From the IMG/VR virus record IMGVR_UViG_3300023048_000002, positions 64,001-128,000 of that record: a DNA stretch of 64,000 nucleotides, one strand, 5' to 3'. The notes beneath the pieces are model-generated. The model did no database searches. It saw only the letters and a list, made by a program, of their open reading frames with translations, and was not told the DNA's origin. Position numbers and translations under genes: made by a program. Positions within the stretch are counted from its first letter, which is position 1, and the number at the start of each line of letters is the position of its first letter. Source of the stretch: a virus. Its lineage: Duplodnaviria > Caudoviricetes. Below, piece by piece: positions 39,649 to 49,321 of the stretch.

Positions 39649-40395
39649 TTAATATGCAATCAACCCTTCAGGATTATTAATTTCAAGAAGAGATAACTTC
39701 TTTGACATTGCGCCCGTATCCAGATAGATGACATTCTCGATCTGTGTTGGATACATGACAGATACATGACCATGGACTACGTAGTCAATATTTTTTATCG
39801 GAAGAGCTTCAACATTAGCTTTAAGAATTCCATGCACCAATCCCTGCGTCACTTCCTGTACTCTAATCTCTTTATGGAAATCATTAAAGATATCGGATGA
39901 CCAGAGTGAACTTTCACCGAACTTGTCATAGTAAATCTTAAACATTTCCCAATCACTGGTAGGGACTTCAGCATGGACTAGTCCGAACTTGCCATTGCAT
40001 GTATCAATTTCTATAATATGAGGCAGCTTATCCAGAGCATCTACGAAGGATTGCTTCTCTGACTCATGAAGGTCTATGAACCACTGACCACCATGTTTAG
40101 CATAAGAATTTTGCCAACTCTTTTGCTCATGGTATTCCTTGACCATTTCCTCATGATTTCCCTGTGTAGAGAAGAACCAAGGCTGGCTCAAATACCATAA
40201 AACTTTGTGTGACTGTGGTCCGCGATCAATGAGGTCACCTACCGCGAACAACCTGTCTTTACTTTTATCAAAACCGACTTCTTTTAATAATTCCTCTAGA
40301 AGGTCAAAGAATCCGTGGATGTCACCAACTACGAAGTCTCTGCCTCCATTAGGGTTTAAAGAGAAGCGGCTTAGTCTCAAGTCGTATCTTCCCAT
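39649..40395 (-). CDS. Ser/Thr protein phosphatase (lambda PP/PPP family)
   Basis: GDIHG, GDLIDRG, GNHE, VHA, HGH, DTGA. Confidence 0.9.
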   Translation of the reverse strand: MGRYDLRLSRFSLNPNGGRDFVVGDIHGFFDLLEELLKEVGFDKSKDRLFAVGDLIDRGPQSHKVLWYLSQPWFFSTQGNHEEMVKEYHEQKSWQNSYAKHGGQWFIDLHESEKQSFVDALDKLPHIIEIDTCNGKFGLVHAEVPTSDWEMFKIYYDKFGESSLWSSDIFNDFHKEIRVQEVTQGLVHGILKANVEALPIKNIDYVVHGHVSVMYPTQIENVIYLDTGAMSKKLSLLEINNPEGLIAY

Positions 40396-40459
40396 AATGT
40401 ACTCCTTAGGTATCTAGTCTACCACAGCACAAAGACTAATGGAAGTATTAGATTTTATT

Positions 40460-40849
40460 TTAAATAATAGCCTTCGCATATCTAATAACTTTATAAGGTG
40501 TTTCATCCGGCTTGCTCACGTCTACATTATCGTAAAATGAATAGGAGTATTTTGTGTACGCAGCGTAATCCATCTTCAGTGCCATCACGCTTACATCAGA
40601 GATTATCTCAGCAGCAATGACTTCTTCTATGCTAAATGAATGATCATAGCTTCTTCCACTGCACTCAGTGTGTTTCTTGGTGTGTTTATCTTCAAAAGCT
40701 ATCTGATCTGTATTCTGAACGAATACTTCCATACCTCTGCTATCGAAAGCGAACTTAGCTTCAGCAGACATCTTGGTAGATACAAGCTCAAGAATCTGGT
40801 TTATTGATTCCTGTGATAACTGTACAAGTTCTTTTGTTTTCTTTGCCAT
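40460..40849 (-). CDS. hypothetical protein
   Basis: 129 aa, SD AAGGA. Confidence 0.65.
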   Translation of the reverse strand: MAKKTKELVQLSQESINQILELVSTKMSAEAKFAFDSRGMEVFVQNTDQIAFEDKHTKKHTECSGRSYDHSFSIEEVIAAEIISDVSVMALKMDYAAYTKYSYSFYDNVDVSKPDETPYKVIRYAKAII

Positions 40850-40915
40850 GGTGATTCCTTACTATGTATAATATTTAGGCAAATAAAAAAGCCTAGCGAA
40901 AGCTAGGCTTCTTAT

Positions 40916-40991
40916 TGGCAGGTACCGTCAGATTTGAACTGACACTAAATGGGTTGGAACCATTTGTGCTGCCGGGTTACACTAGGTACCT
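40916..40991 (-). tRNA. tRNA-Trp(CCA)
   Basis: Cloverleaf, AATGG TTCCAAC CCATT, 3' CCA. Confidence 0.9.
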
Positions 40992-40997
40992 ATAATT

Positions 40998-41072
40998 TGG
41001 AGCGCAATGTGGGAATCGAACCCACTTAATTCTGCATGGCAAGCAGATAATCAACCAATGACTCAATCGCGC
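40998..41072 (-). tRNA. tRNA-Gly(GCC)
   Basis: TCTGC TTGCCAT GCAGA, U73, CCA. Confidence 0.9.
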
Positions 41073-41073
41073 A

Positions 41074-41271
41074 TTAATCAGTTTGAACAATATTAATTTT
41101 TACTTTAGACATTGAAGCTAATATCAAAATCTTATTTTTCGGAAATGCTTCTTGCATTCTGTCTTTTGTTGACTTTATATACCCTTCTCTAAATGGTTGT
41201 GGCATACGATCAACATCAATTTCAACAACTAAAACATCTTTTTCTTTTACTGCAAAAACTTCCATTTTCAT
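41074..41271 (-). CDS. hypothetical protein
   Basis: 65 aa between tRNAs, SD AGGA. Confidence 0.55.
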   Translation of the reverse strand: MKMEVFAVKEKDVLVVEIDVDRMPQPFREGYIKSTKDRMQEAFPKNKILILASMSKVKINIVQTD

Positions 41272-41313
41272 ATCCTATTTATTAATATTTAGGACTGAAA
41301 ATAAATCATGAAT

Positions 41314-41389
41314 TGGTGGAGCCTATCGGGTTCGAACCGATGACCTACACGGTGCAAGCGTGTCGCTCTCCCAACTGAGCTAAGGCCCC
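41314..41389 (-). tRNA. tRNA-Ala(TGC)
   Basis: G3-U70, ACACG CTTGCAC CGTGT. Confidence 0.93.
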
Positions 41390-41515
41390 ATATTATCCTA
41401 CATTCAAGTTCTCAGGTCGTAGGCACCCTCTCCAAGTCAACACTTATAGTATTCAATTGGTGGTTGGTCACCATCTTACTTCTCTCTTTCAGTTTCAAGT
41501 AGAGAGATACTTAAT

Positions 41516-41589
41516 TGGAGTCCGGTAGGTGAATCGAACACCTCTACGAAGCTTTGCAGGCTCCTACATAACCAATCTGTCAACCGGAC
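41516..41589 (-). tRNA. tRNA-Cys(GCA)
   Basis: GGAGC CTGCAAA GCTTC, U73. Confidence 0.9.
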
Positions 41590-41637
41590 ATTTGTTCTTG
41601 TTTCGATGTATTTATAGTAGCATCAAAAATTTTGATG

Positions 41638-42498
41638 TCAACACTTAATCTGCCAATAAGCATGTAGACGTTCAATAATTCTCTGTGATACTTGATCAGG
41701 AAATAATTCATCCTGTGTATTATCATGAGTCACATATGGGTTGTTCTGGTCCCACATCTTGTACGTATTTCTAATCCATTTACCAGTTGTATGGTGAAGT
41801 GTGATTAAATTTTCTTTTTTGACATGGGAAATATCGCTGGTGTCAGCTTTAATCAAGTCCTTAAAGATTTCATCTTCTGACAAAAATTCTGAATCTTTAT
41901 CATTTGAATCTTCGGTGATTACCTTCTCTTCTTCAAAGATAGGATCGCTAGGTATTCTTATTACCTTTCTACCAAACGCAGCAATATCATGCACTGTATG
42001 CGTATGTGGCTTATCAAGGCCACAATGAGGACATGCAAATGTTCCCCCAACTTCTACAATGAAATCCTTACTATATGATCTTTTTTCTTTAAGAGGAACA
42101 TCAGTATAAGGATTGATTGGATAATTTGGAAACTTGTATGCAGGCTCAGGTGTCTTGTCATAAGCAACATACGTAAACAATCGGTCATCCTGTGCAGGCT
42201 TGTTCATTATAATATGATAAGCCATCATAGTATTTGCTATTGCATGAGCTAGGTGATGCTGGCCTGAATCTTCAGCAAATTCTTCACCAGCCTTGAATGC
42301 ATTGATATGACGCTCAAGGGCATCAAGCACACGAGAAATTTCTAGGTTTACCCAATTATTTGCTGAATACTTCTTGGCACCTGAAGTCATTACCTCAGCT
42401 ACAGCACGCAATGAGTCTGGTGGAAGCAAACCATACTGTGGCTTGTCACCATCCATCTTTGTACCACCATTCTTTCCAACTACTTTTACTTCTACCAT
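41638..42498 (-). CDS. dATP/dGTP diphosphohydrolase-like (DUF5664) domain fused to a C-terminal domain
   Basis: GTKMDGDKPQYGLLP...GAKKYSANNW...ALERH...DSGQHHLAHA. Confidence 0.75.
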   Translation of the reverse strand: MVEVKVVGKNGGTKMDGDKPQYGLLPPDSLRAVAEVMTSGAKKYSANNWVNLEISRVLDALERHINAFKAGEEFAEDSGQHHLAHAIANTMMAYHIIMNKPAQDDRLFTYVAYDKTPEPAYKFPNYPINPYTDVPLKEKRSYSKDFIVEVGGTFACPHCGLDKPHTHTVHDIAAFGRKVIRIPSDPIFEEEKVITEDSNDKDSEFLSEDEIFKDLIKADTSDISHVKKENLITLHHTTGKWIRNTYKMWDQNNPYVTHDNTQDELFPDQVSQRIIERLHAYWQIKC

Positions 42499-42499
42499 A

Positions 42500-43342
42500 T
42501 TAAATTAACCCTTCATCTTTGTGCTTAGTATACAATGTTTCTACGTAATCTGAAACACCTTTAATGACCTTTTCAGGATCACATGCATACCATCCAGCAC
42601 AATTAAATGAATTCAATTCAACAATTCTTACTGAACCATCACCCATCTTGGCAATATCACAAGTATAGACTTCCGTTGGACTTCTATGGCTCTTGACGAC
42701 CTTCTCTGCAAGATTGAATGCCTCTATAGTGTAGAAATGGCGTTCATTGTGATCGCCCATTAGACTGTACTGAGAGCCGTCTATGATCTTATCGCCAGCC
42801 ACAATGAATCTATATTCTTCTTTAATCTGCTTGCTTGAGGATACCATGATCAAGCTATTATCAACGACACCAGACAATTGTCTAAGTGCATTCGATTGAT
42901 ATAATAAATCATCAATTCCATGAATCGGTAAACCAGTGAATAGTTTACTTCCAGAATTTGGACGAATGAATAATTTATTGGTTTGAAATAAATCTTCGTA
43001 CTTACCAAAGTTAGTTTCAAAATCGTAGAAGGTGGTAATGATGAAATCACCGTTTACCCATAGATCATTTGATAATTGTAATTTGGAATGATAGTTGTGG
43101 AACTTCAATGCTTCCTCATCGAGGAATGATCCGAAGTAAGGCTTAAGGTGTTTGCCTAGGTTGATTGTACTATAGGGTATTACACAATCATTGAAGTCAT
43201 ATGGATATTGGATGTCTTCTTTTCTTGAAAAGGGAATGTACTGCATAAGAGTACATTCATATCCCATATCTTCAATAAGACTAACAAGTTCTATTTTACG
43301 AAACTCGTTAGACATACTGTTATCTACAATCCACTTAACCAT
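42500..43342 (-). CDS. ATP-grasp protein (DUF4343/R2K-like)
   Basis: FIRPNSGSKLFTG, EYRF, CDIA, IVELNSFNCAGWY; start MVKW assumed. Confidence 0.75.
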   Translation of the reverse strand: MVKWIVDNSMSNEFRKIELVSLIEDMGYECTLMQYIPFSRKEDIQYPYDFNDCVIPYSTINLGKHLKPYFGSFLDEEALKFHNYHSKLQLSNDLWVNGDFIITTFYDFETNFGKYEDLFQTNKLFIRPNSGSKLFTGLPIHGIDDLLYQSNALRQLSGVVDNSLIMVSSSKQIKEEYRFIVAGDKIIDGSQYSLMGDHNERHFYTIEAFNLAEKVVKSHRSPTEVYTCDIAKMGDGSVRIVELNSFNCAGWYACDPEKVIKGVSDYVETLYTKHKDEGLI

Positions 43343-43781
43343 GAAAGAACTGCTTTGTTTCAAATGCATGCTGATGCCAGTCAACACCTAGAGCGTATAG
43401 CTTCTCTGTGATGTAGTCACGAAGATCACCATAGTCAAAGTTGTCATCCCATGCTACAGCTAACGCCTTATTGTTACCTACTTCAGTCATGACAATAACA
43501 TATGTGTATGGCTTATACTGTGAACCGGGTACAGCATTTAGTTTGATTAAGGATTTATCGATTTCATATGACTGGATATTCAAACCATCTAGTATCAAGT
43601 CTGCAATCCTAAATTCCAAATCCTCATATACTAATCTATTGATGCTGTCAATATCATCTTCAGTTAGAACTGAATATCCCACATAGGTTGGGGTTACACT
43701 GAGAGTTACCACTACAGCATTCACACTACCATTCTCGTAATCACCCAACACAATATCAAAGCTGCTCATCATTATCTCCAA
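43335..43781 (-). CDS. hypothetical protein
   Basis: 148 aa. Confidence 0.55.
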   Translation of the reverse strand: MEIMMSSFDIVLGDYENGSVNAVVVTLSVTPTYVGYSVLTEDDIDSINRLVYEDLEFRIADLILDGLNIQSYEIDKSLIKLNAVPGSQYKPYTYVIVMTEVGNNKALAVAWDDNFDYGDLRDYITEKLYALGVDWHQHAFETKQFFHG

Positions 43782-44010
43782 GTATTTCGCGTTCTAATCT
43801 ATTGATCTGATAGCGTATGTCATTTAAATCTTTTAGTGTACTTATTTTATCATGGCACTCGTTATACTTCATATTATCCAACAATTGAATAATACGGCTC
43901 AATCTTTTTGCATGTTTGTTTAGTTTGGCTGCGGATTGTAAATGACTATAGCATTCATCAAAGGGCTTAAGTTCAGCCTCTGAATCATAATGTTCAATAT
44001 CATTTGTCAT
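43756..44010 (-). CDS. hypothetical protein
   Basis: 84 aa. Confidence 0.55.
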   Translation of the reverse strand: MTNDIEHYDSEAELKPFDECYSHLQSAAKLNKHAKRLSRIIQLLDNMKYNECHDKISTLKDLNDIRYQINRLEREILGDNDEQL

Positions 44011-44073
44011 GGGGAGATGTCCTGTTTAATCGGATAATACACGATATAGGACATGATGTAAAGTTTAAGAAGA

Positions 44074-44149
44074 TGGTGGTGATGGTCGGACTTGAACCGA
44101 CATTATCGTCTTTATGAGAGACGCGCTCTACCAATTAAGCTACATCACC
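44074..44149 (-). tRNA. tRNA-Met or Ile2 (CAT)
   Basis: CGTCT CTCATAA AGACG; paired 1:72, so not an initiator. Confidence 0.85.
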
Positions 44150-44193
44150 AAAGAACCCTTTATTTAACGACGCGGGTAAGTCACGTCATCATC

Positions 44194-44284
44194 TGGCGGA
44201 AGGTGAGGGATTCGAACCCACAAACCCCTTTCGGGGTCAAACACTTTAGCAAAGTGTGCTGTTCACCTATACAGTAGACCTTCC
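44194..44284 (-). tRNA. tRNA-Ser(GCT)
   Basis: Long variable arm GACCCC GAAA GGGGTT, G73. Confidence 0.9.
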
Positions 44285-44295
44285 AATATAACTAT

Positions 44296-44757
44296 TTATT
44301 GCTTTGTTTTAAACTTTGCAAAGGCTTCACTTAACTTACCGGGAATGATGTCTTCCAACGTATACATGGTGACATTACCATCAGGCCATAGTGAAGTTTT
44401 TCCACTCTTTACTGATCCTCCTGCCTGCGTTCTAATCTTTTCGATTAAATCATTAAGACTTTTATTATTATCTTTACGAGTCTCAGTTTCTTTCTTAACT
44501 GCTTCGCGTTCTAGTTCTGGACCATCTTCTTCAGGAGTTAGATCATTAAGCTGCTTTAGCTTAGCTTTCAGCGTTTCAAGCTCTGCATTAAACTTAGCAA
44601 TGACTGCTTTCTTATTTTCAATCTGCCTATTAATATCCTGAACAGCTACGATTTTTTCATTTCTTAAAAGCTGCTTAAGCTGCGCGGCACGATTTTCTGC
44701 TTCGTTAATCTGAGAGATGATATTATCTATAGAAACAGTTCCACTAAATTCGTTCAT
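44296..44757 (-). CDS. coiled-coil hypothetical protein
   Basis: 153 aa. Confidence 0.6.
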   Translation of the reverse strand: MNEFSGTVSIDNIISQINEAENRAAQLKQLLRNEKIVAVQDINRQIENKKAVIAKFNAELETLKAKLKQLNDLTPEEDGPELEREAVKKETETRKDNNKSLNDLIEKIRTQAGGSVKSGKTSLWPDGNVTMYTLEDIIPGKLSEAFAKFKTKQ

Positions 44758-44775
44758 TTTTTATCCTTGATATTA

Positions 44776-44867
44776 TGGAGGAAGGCATCAGAATCGAACT
44801 GAAACCGGATTTTATCCCGGTCCAACGCATTTCCAGTGCGTGACCACTCCTAGTGATATTACCTTCC
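44776..44867 (-). tRNA. tRNA-Ser(GGA)
   Basis: ACGCA CTGGAAA TGCGT, long V arm; atypical U73. Confidence 0.82.
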
Positions 44868-44880
44868 TTAATTAAAATAA

Positions 44881-45660
44881 TCAAGCCCTATTATTTATAG
44901 GGTTTGACTTGTCTTTCCACTGCTTTCTACGTTTGCAATTGTGCTTCCAAGACTTTTGCATTTTCCATCTGCCACAAAAAACATCATCCCAAGTGTTTGG
45001 GGTGTTTGCAATCTTCGCACGGAAGGTTGGTTCACTATCATCTTTGATTACAGCAGCCACCTTTCTGTGCAAGTAGTAAGTATGGATACGGCGATAGCGA
45101 CGATAGAACCTGAACTTATACTCAGTATAATCCTCTCTGTAACGAGGCTGGATGTTGGTAGATTCTACATGTGCGTAGATTTCCTTGATCTTATCTGGAT
45201 TACTAGACTTGACCACCAATGTAGCTCGGATCATTTCACGTAGTGCTTGTTCATGCTTATAAGAAGCAGTCCCGTACTTGTATACGTGAGTCTTTTTAAC
45301 CATCTCAGATACATCGACAATATCACCTAGGCTATCAGTGACGTAAAACCCCCACAGATAATCAGAAGTAGTATTGTCTCTATATTTTGGGACAGCAACA
45401 TTATCACCATGCTCATCCACCACAACATCAAAATAATATTCACGAATCGTAGTCTTGTTGATCTTGAAAAGTGAATTTGTATCTTTTGTTTTCTTGGTGG
45501 ACAATAGACTACTGAAACGGACGCCACTCTGTTTTAAAGAATACGCATTCATTTCTCTGTAGAGTTCTTCGATATCATCGAAAGTCCCAATAGCACAATC
45601 TATCATTTTATCGTAGACGGTGTATGTCTCTTTCTTAACTTCAGTTGTTACTAGTTTCAT
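44881..45660 (-). CDS. hypothetical protein with basic PNTWDD...KSWK...KRRKQW tail
   Basis: 259 aa; SD sequestered by a hairpin. Confidence 0.7.
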   Translation of the reverse strand: MKLVTTEVKKETYTVYDKMIDCAIGTFDDIEELYREMNAYSLKQSGVRFSSLLSTKKTKDTNSLFKINKTTIREYYFDVVVDEHGDNVAVPKYRDNTTSDYLWGFYVTDSLGDIVDVSEMVKKTHVYKYGTASYKHEQALREMIRATLVVKSSNPDKIKEIYAHVESTNIQPRYREDYTEYKFRFYRRYRRIHTYYLHRKVAAVIKDDSEPTFRAKIANTPNTWDDVFCGRWKMQKSWKHNCKRRKQWKDKSNPINNRA

Positions 45661-45725
45661 TACTCTCTCCTAAATGTGTAAATTCACATTCGAAAGAGTA
45701 AGAACCTCATGATGCTGTATTTCAT
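45661..45725 (-). promoter_or_regulatory. leader peptide (45684-45725, MKYSIMRFLLFRM) with SD-sequestering hairpin
   Basis: TACTCTTTCGAATGTG-AATTTA-CACATTT(AG)GAGAGAGTA directly before ATG. Confidence 0.65.
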
Positions 45726-45739
45726 TTAGTTATCTCCTA

Positions 45740-46039
45740 TTAACGTCTTACCCAATCATACCCACAGAAGTAGGTATTACCATAACGGTCTTCACAGTAC
45801 CTCTCAACACGAACCCACTCAGGAGAACGATAGTAAGATGGCTGATAAACAACATGTGGAACAACGACAACATTTGGACGATAGTAGCCACCACGATATC
45901 CACCATGATATCCATTACTATAACCGACACCACCATAACCATGATATCCACCACCGACCACAACAGTAACATGTCCTGCGATTGCTGAAGATGATACCAA
46001 GGTTAAAGCTGCGATTGCAAGAAATTTAAATAGTTTCAT
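45740..46039 (-). CDS. secreted Gly/Tyr-rich small protein
   Basis: Signal peptide ending AIA; GYHGG repeats. Confidence 0.7.
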   Translation of the reverse strand: MKLFKFLAIAALTLVSSSAIAGHVTVVVGGGYHGYGGVGYSNGYHGGYRGGYYRPNVVVVPHVVYQPSYYRSPEWVRVERYCEDRYGNTYFCGYDWVRR

Positions 46040-46130
46040 AACTAGCCTTTAATTTTATTTAGTGTAAATGAAAAATCCCTAGAAGTCAACTTCTAGGGAT
46101 TTCTTATTCATAGAGTATTTACTCAAATTA

Positions 46131-46826
46131 TTAGAAGCTGTAGCTGACGCCAACAATTCCATAATTGGCTAGGGCTACATTTGAGTCAGCCTTTCCACCG
46201 AATGAGTACTTACCATAAGCCTTTAGCTTGCTGGTTACATCGAACGAAGCAAAGACTTCGCTGTTATTGTAACTATTCTGAGCAGTTTCCTTATAATGAT
46301 AACCACTGACAGCAGCGCCGACAGTTAGGGTTGTAGTTACTGGAACAGCAACACCGACCTTAGCATAGGTATTCTGGACTGGACCCCAACCCTGACCTAC
46401 TTCAGCGAATAGAACATCGTATGATGCCTTTACACGGAATTCTGAATATTCACCATCACGGAGCTTGCCGTTGCGAACAGTCTGGAATTCTGGTGCATTG
46501 TAAACATGATTTGCACTTACATCAAGCTTTAGCTTGTCAGTAACATCAAATGCATAACCAACACCAACATCACTGCGTAGCTGTGTATGTGCATTGACAG
46601 GAGCCGTATCGCCAGTCTTGTTGAAAGTACCAGCAACATATAGACCCTTTACGCCCACATCACTTACCTTTACACCGAAACCTACGGTCGGATCATTTGA
46701 ATATTCCTGACCACGATAATCATAACGGGAAGCCGCTGAAACATCAGCAGATACAGACTGTGCCTGAGCTACAGTACCAGTGACCGCTAGAACTACACCA
46801 CCGATTAGAGTTACGAACTTATTCAT
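46131..46826 (-). CDS. outer-membrane beta-barrel (TorF-like porin)
   Basis: Signal peptide (AQA), SRYDYRG, alternating beta strands, terminal VGVSYSF. Confidence 0.8.
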   Translation of the reverse strand: MNKFVTLIGGVVLAVTGTVAQAQSVSADVSAASRYDYRGQEYSNDPTVGFGVKVSDVGVKGLYVAGTFNKTGDTAPVNAHTQLRSDVGVGYAFDVTDKLKLDVSANHVYNAPEFQTVRNGKLRDGEYSEFRVKASYDVLFAEVGQGWGPVQNTYAKVGVAVPVTTTLTVGAAVSGYHYKETAQNSYNNSEVFASFDVTSKLKAYGKYSFGGKADSNVALANYGIVGVSYSF

Positions 46827-46853
46827 ATTTTTTCCTATTTAAGTTATTCATAT

Positions 46854-46882
46854 ATTATAGACTCGACAGTTTAATATGTCAA
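46854..46882 (-). promoter_or_regulatory. perfect sigma70 promoter
   Basis: TTGACA-17 bp-TATAAT upstream of the porin gene. Confidence 0.85.
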
Positions 46883-46896
46883 GAGTTAAGTATTAG

Positions 46897-48045
46897 TTAA
46901 CCCTTGATTACATGTGGTACAAACTTGCTGGTATTCTTTGTTACAACTGTTGAGTCTTCACGAATGCCAACGCCACATGGTTCAGCACCAACAATCCAAG
47001 AACCAATCACTGCATAGTTATCACCGAACTTAGGCACTACACAGGTTTCCTGAATGATCATGGTTTCAGAACCATATACGCCTTCAGACGTATATTCACC
47101 ATCTTCGCTGTTTACCGTAACGTTATTACCTTCACGAGCAAGGATCGGCTTCTTAACATAATACTGAAGTGTTCCCTCAACATACTCATCACTAAAATAA
47201 GCAGGTAGAAGGTTCGGATGGTTCGGAAACAGCTTCCAGAGAATAGGAAGGATAGCCTTGTTTGAGAGAAGCATTTTCCATACTGGTTCAATCCATGTCT
47301 TCATGGAATCAAATGCATGTTCACCAAAATCTTCTTCAACCAGCCATTCCCATGGATAAAGCTTAAATAAAGCATTCATAGGACGATCATTCATATCAAG
47401 AAACTGCCCATCAGCATAGCCAATGTCATCAATCTTAATATATCCTGTGGGAAGTCCTGCACGCTCAGCTACCGACTTCAGGTAAAGTGTTGTGATCAAA
47501 TCTTCAACAGGTTCAGTGACACTGGTGAAATACAGACGAGTACCCAATGGTAGACGCGTCTGAATATATTCAAACTGTGATTCCATCGTCTCCTGAATTG
47601 AATTGTACTGGTCACGAGAATCACCAAAAACTTCTTCCTTCCAAAACCACTGGACAATGCTGGCTTCAAAAACTGATGTCGGTGTATCGGCATTGAATTC
47701 CAACATCTTGTAGTTACCATCCTTACCAATGGTAAAGTCATAGCGACCATAAAGGGTTGGATCATTGCGATACCAAGACTTCTTGATTTCTTCAGCAAGA
47801 GATGGAGCAATATTAACATAATGCCATAGGTCGTCATTTTCAACAATGTAGTCTACGGCCTTCTCACAAAGCTTGAATAGCTCACGAGTAGCATCATAGA
47901 TGGCATCAGTTTCACTTGTGGTGAATTCATAATAAGCATCTTCACGCCAATAGATACCATCAGCAGAATCATTGAAATATTCAAAACCAAGCTTACGGAC
48001 TTTATTCTGCCAATCATGGCGTGGATCAATAACAATGCGTTTCAT
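46897..48045 (-). CDS. ygiC: glutathionylspermidine synthase-like ATP-grasp protein (YgiC-like)
   Basis: YGRYDF, EFNADTPTS, FKLYPWEW, EPVWK, REGNNV, GIRED; start MKRI. Confidence 0.9.
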   Translation of the reverse strand: MKRIVIDPRHDWQNKVRKLGFEYFNDSADGIYWREDAYYEFTTSETDAIYDATRELFKLCEKAVDYIVENDDLWHYVNIAPSLAEEIKKSWYRNDPTLYGRYDFTIGKDGNYKMLEFNADTPTSVFEASIVQWFWKEEVFGDSRDQYNSIQETMESQFEYIQTRLPLGTRLYFTSVTEPVEDLITTLYLKSVAERAGLPTGYIKIDDIGYADGQFLDMNDRPMNALFKLYPWEWLVEEDFGEHAFDSMKTWIEPVWKMLLSNKAILPILWKLFPNHPNLLPAYFSDEYVEGTLQYYVKKPILAREGNNVTVNSEDGEYTSEGVYGSETMIIQETCVVPKFGDNYAVIGSWIVGAEPCGVGIREDSTVVTKNTSKFVPHVIKG

Positions 48046-48049
48046 TAGA

Positions 48050-48490
48050 TTAACCGCCAGCCGAGCCGAACGAGGCACGGGAAGCTGAGGAACCAAAGCC
48101 ACCACGCGAAACCGAAGATGAGGAATATGCAGAGCGTGAAACGCTTGCACGAGAAGCAACATAAGAACGCGAATTGTTGAAATTAACTGATGGTGCACGC
48201 GTGTTCATTACTGAACGTCCACCAGCCATTGGAACAGTGTTGTTATATGTTACACTGTTATCACGGTGCATGACAGCACCCCACGGATAATAGATTGGAC
48301 TATAGAAGAAACCTGATGTTCCGCGATAGCAATCATTAGGGTGGGAGAAGTAACGCTGGCATTCAGACAATGAACTGTACTGTGACTGTAGGGAACGCTG
48401 TGAATCGCGCTGTGCAGCACGGTCAAACTCATCAGAGCCACATGCCGTGAGAGTTAAAAGCATTGCTGCGAGTAGAGATTTGTTAAGCAT
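48050..48490 (-). CDS. ygiB: lipoprotein, YgiB/DUF1190-like
   Basis: Lipobox LTAC; SRGGFGSS C-terminus; upstream of ygiC. Confidence 0.75.
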   Translation of the reverse strand: MLNKSLLAAMLLTLTACGSDEFDRAAQRDSQRSLQSQYSSLSECQRYFSHPNDCYRGTSGFFYSPIYYPWGAVMHRDNSVTYNNTVPMAGGRSVMNTRAPSVNFNNSRSYVASRASVSRSAYSSSSVSRGGFGSSASRASFGSAGG

Positions 48491-48586
48491 GAGAATATCC
48501 TCAAAATTGTGTTCGTATTATATTACATACGCCTGAATTAATCCTGAATGGATTAAAATAAAGCCCTCACTAGGAGGGCTTTATTT

Positions 48587-49321
48587 TTAAGAGTTTTGAT
48601 CTTGATCTGGTCTTACTGAACTTCGATAATTTCTGGTTACTGCGGAGATATCCGCGTAAGCTGTTGCGGTACCTGCTGCATTCGCCATGAAGTTAGACGT
48701 GAAACCTTTGGTAATACCCAAGCTAGATGATACCTCAAATGAATCCTGATTTGCACCTAGATAAATGAACTTCCAACCCTTAGCTTCAGCCTTGGTGATA
48801 AGTTCCTTAACCTTGGCATTGTCAAATTCTCTTGAAGAGTTCTCACCACCATCAGTTAGAATAGCGATTACATTATTCTTCTTGTTCTTGGCTTCAAGTT
48901 CAACAAGGGTAGTGCCAATAGCATCATACAATGCAGTCATGCCGCGTGGAACATACTGGTCAGCAGTGATTTCCTTGACATCAGCTAGGGCTACTGAATT
49001 GAATAGTTCTTCATGCTTGTCATCGAAAATCTTAACAGTTACGAATGCATCACCTAGATCGGCAAGCTTCTTCTGTTCGTTGATGAAAGAATTGATACCA
49101 CCAATTGAATCCTTGATGATTGAATTCATTGAACCAGAGCGATCTAAGATAGCAGTGATATAAACTGCATTATCTGATAATAATTCATTCATCTTATCGT
49201 TAAAGCTTTTCGTAGCTTCATCAATAATTTTCTTCCTTTCATCAACTGAAAGGTGATCCGGTAATTCTAGGGTAAATACTTTATTACCATTAGGTAATGT
49301 TTCTACTTTAACTTCAGACAT
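48587..49321 (-). CDS. vWA domain protein
   Basis: LDRSGSM, TALYDAIG, LTDGGENSS, FIYLGAN. Confidence 0.88.
   Translation of the reverse strand: MSEVKVETLPNGNKVFTLELPDHLSVDERKKIIDEATKSFNDKMNELLSDNAVYITAILDRSGSMNSIIKDSIGGINSFINEQKKLADLGDAFVTVKIFDDKHEELFNSVALADVKEITADQYVPRGMTALYDAIGTTLVELEAKNKKNNVIAILTDGGENSSREFDNAKVKELITKAEAKGWKFIYLGANQDSFEVSSSLGITKGFTSNFMANAAGTATAYADISAVTRNYRSSVRPDQDQNS

Noticed and set aside
41638-42498. Z-base or other modified-DNA pathway
   Set aside because: A DUF5664-like domain alone is insufficient; no purZ or queuosine-type genes in the window
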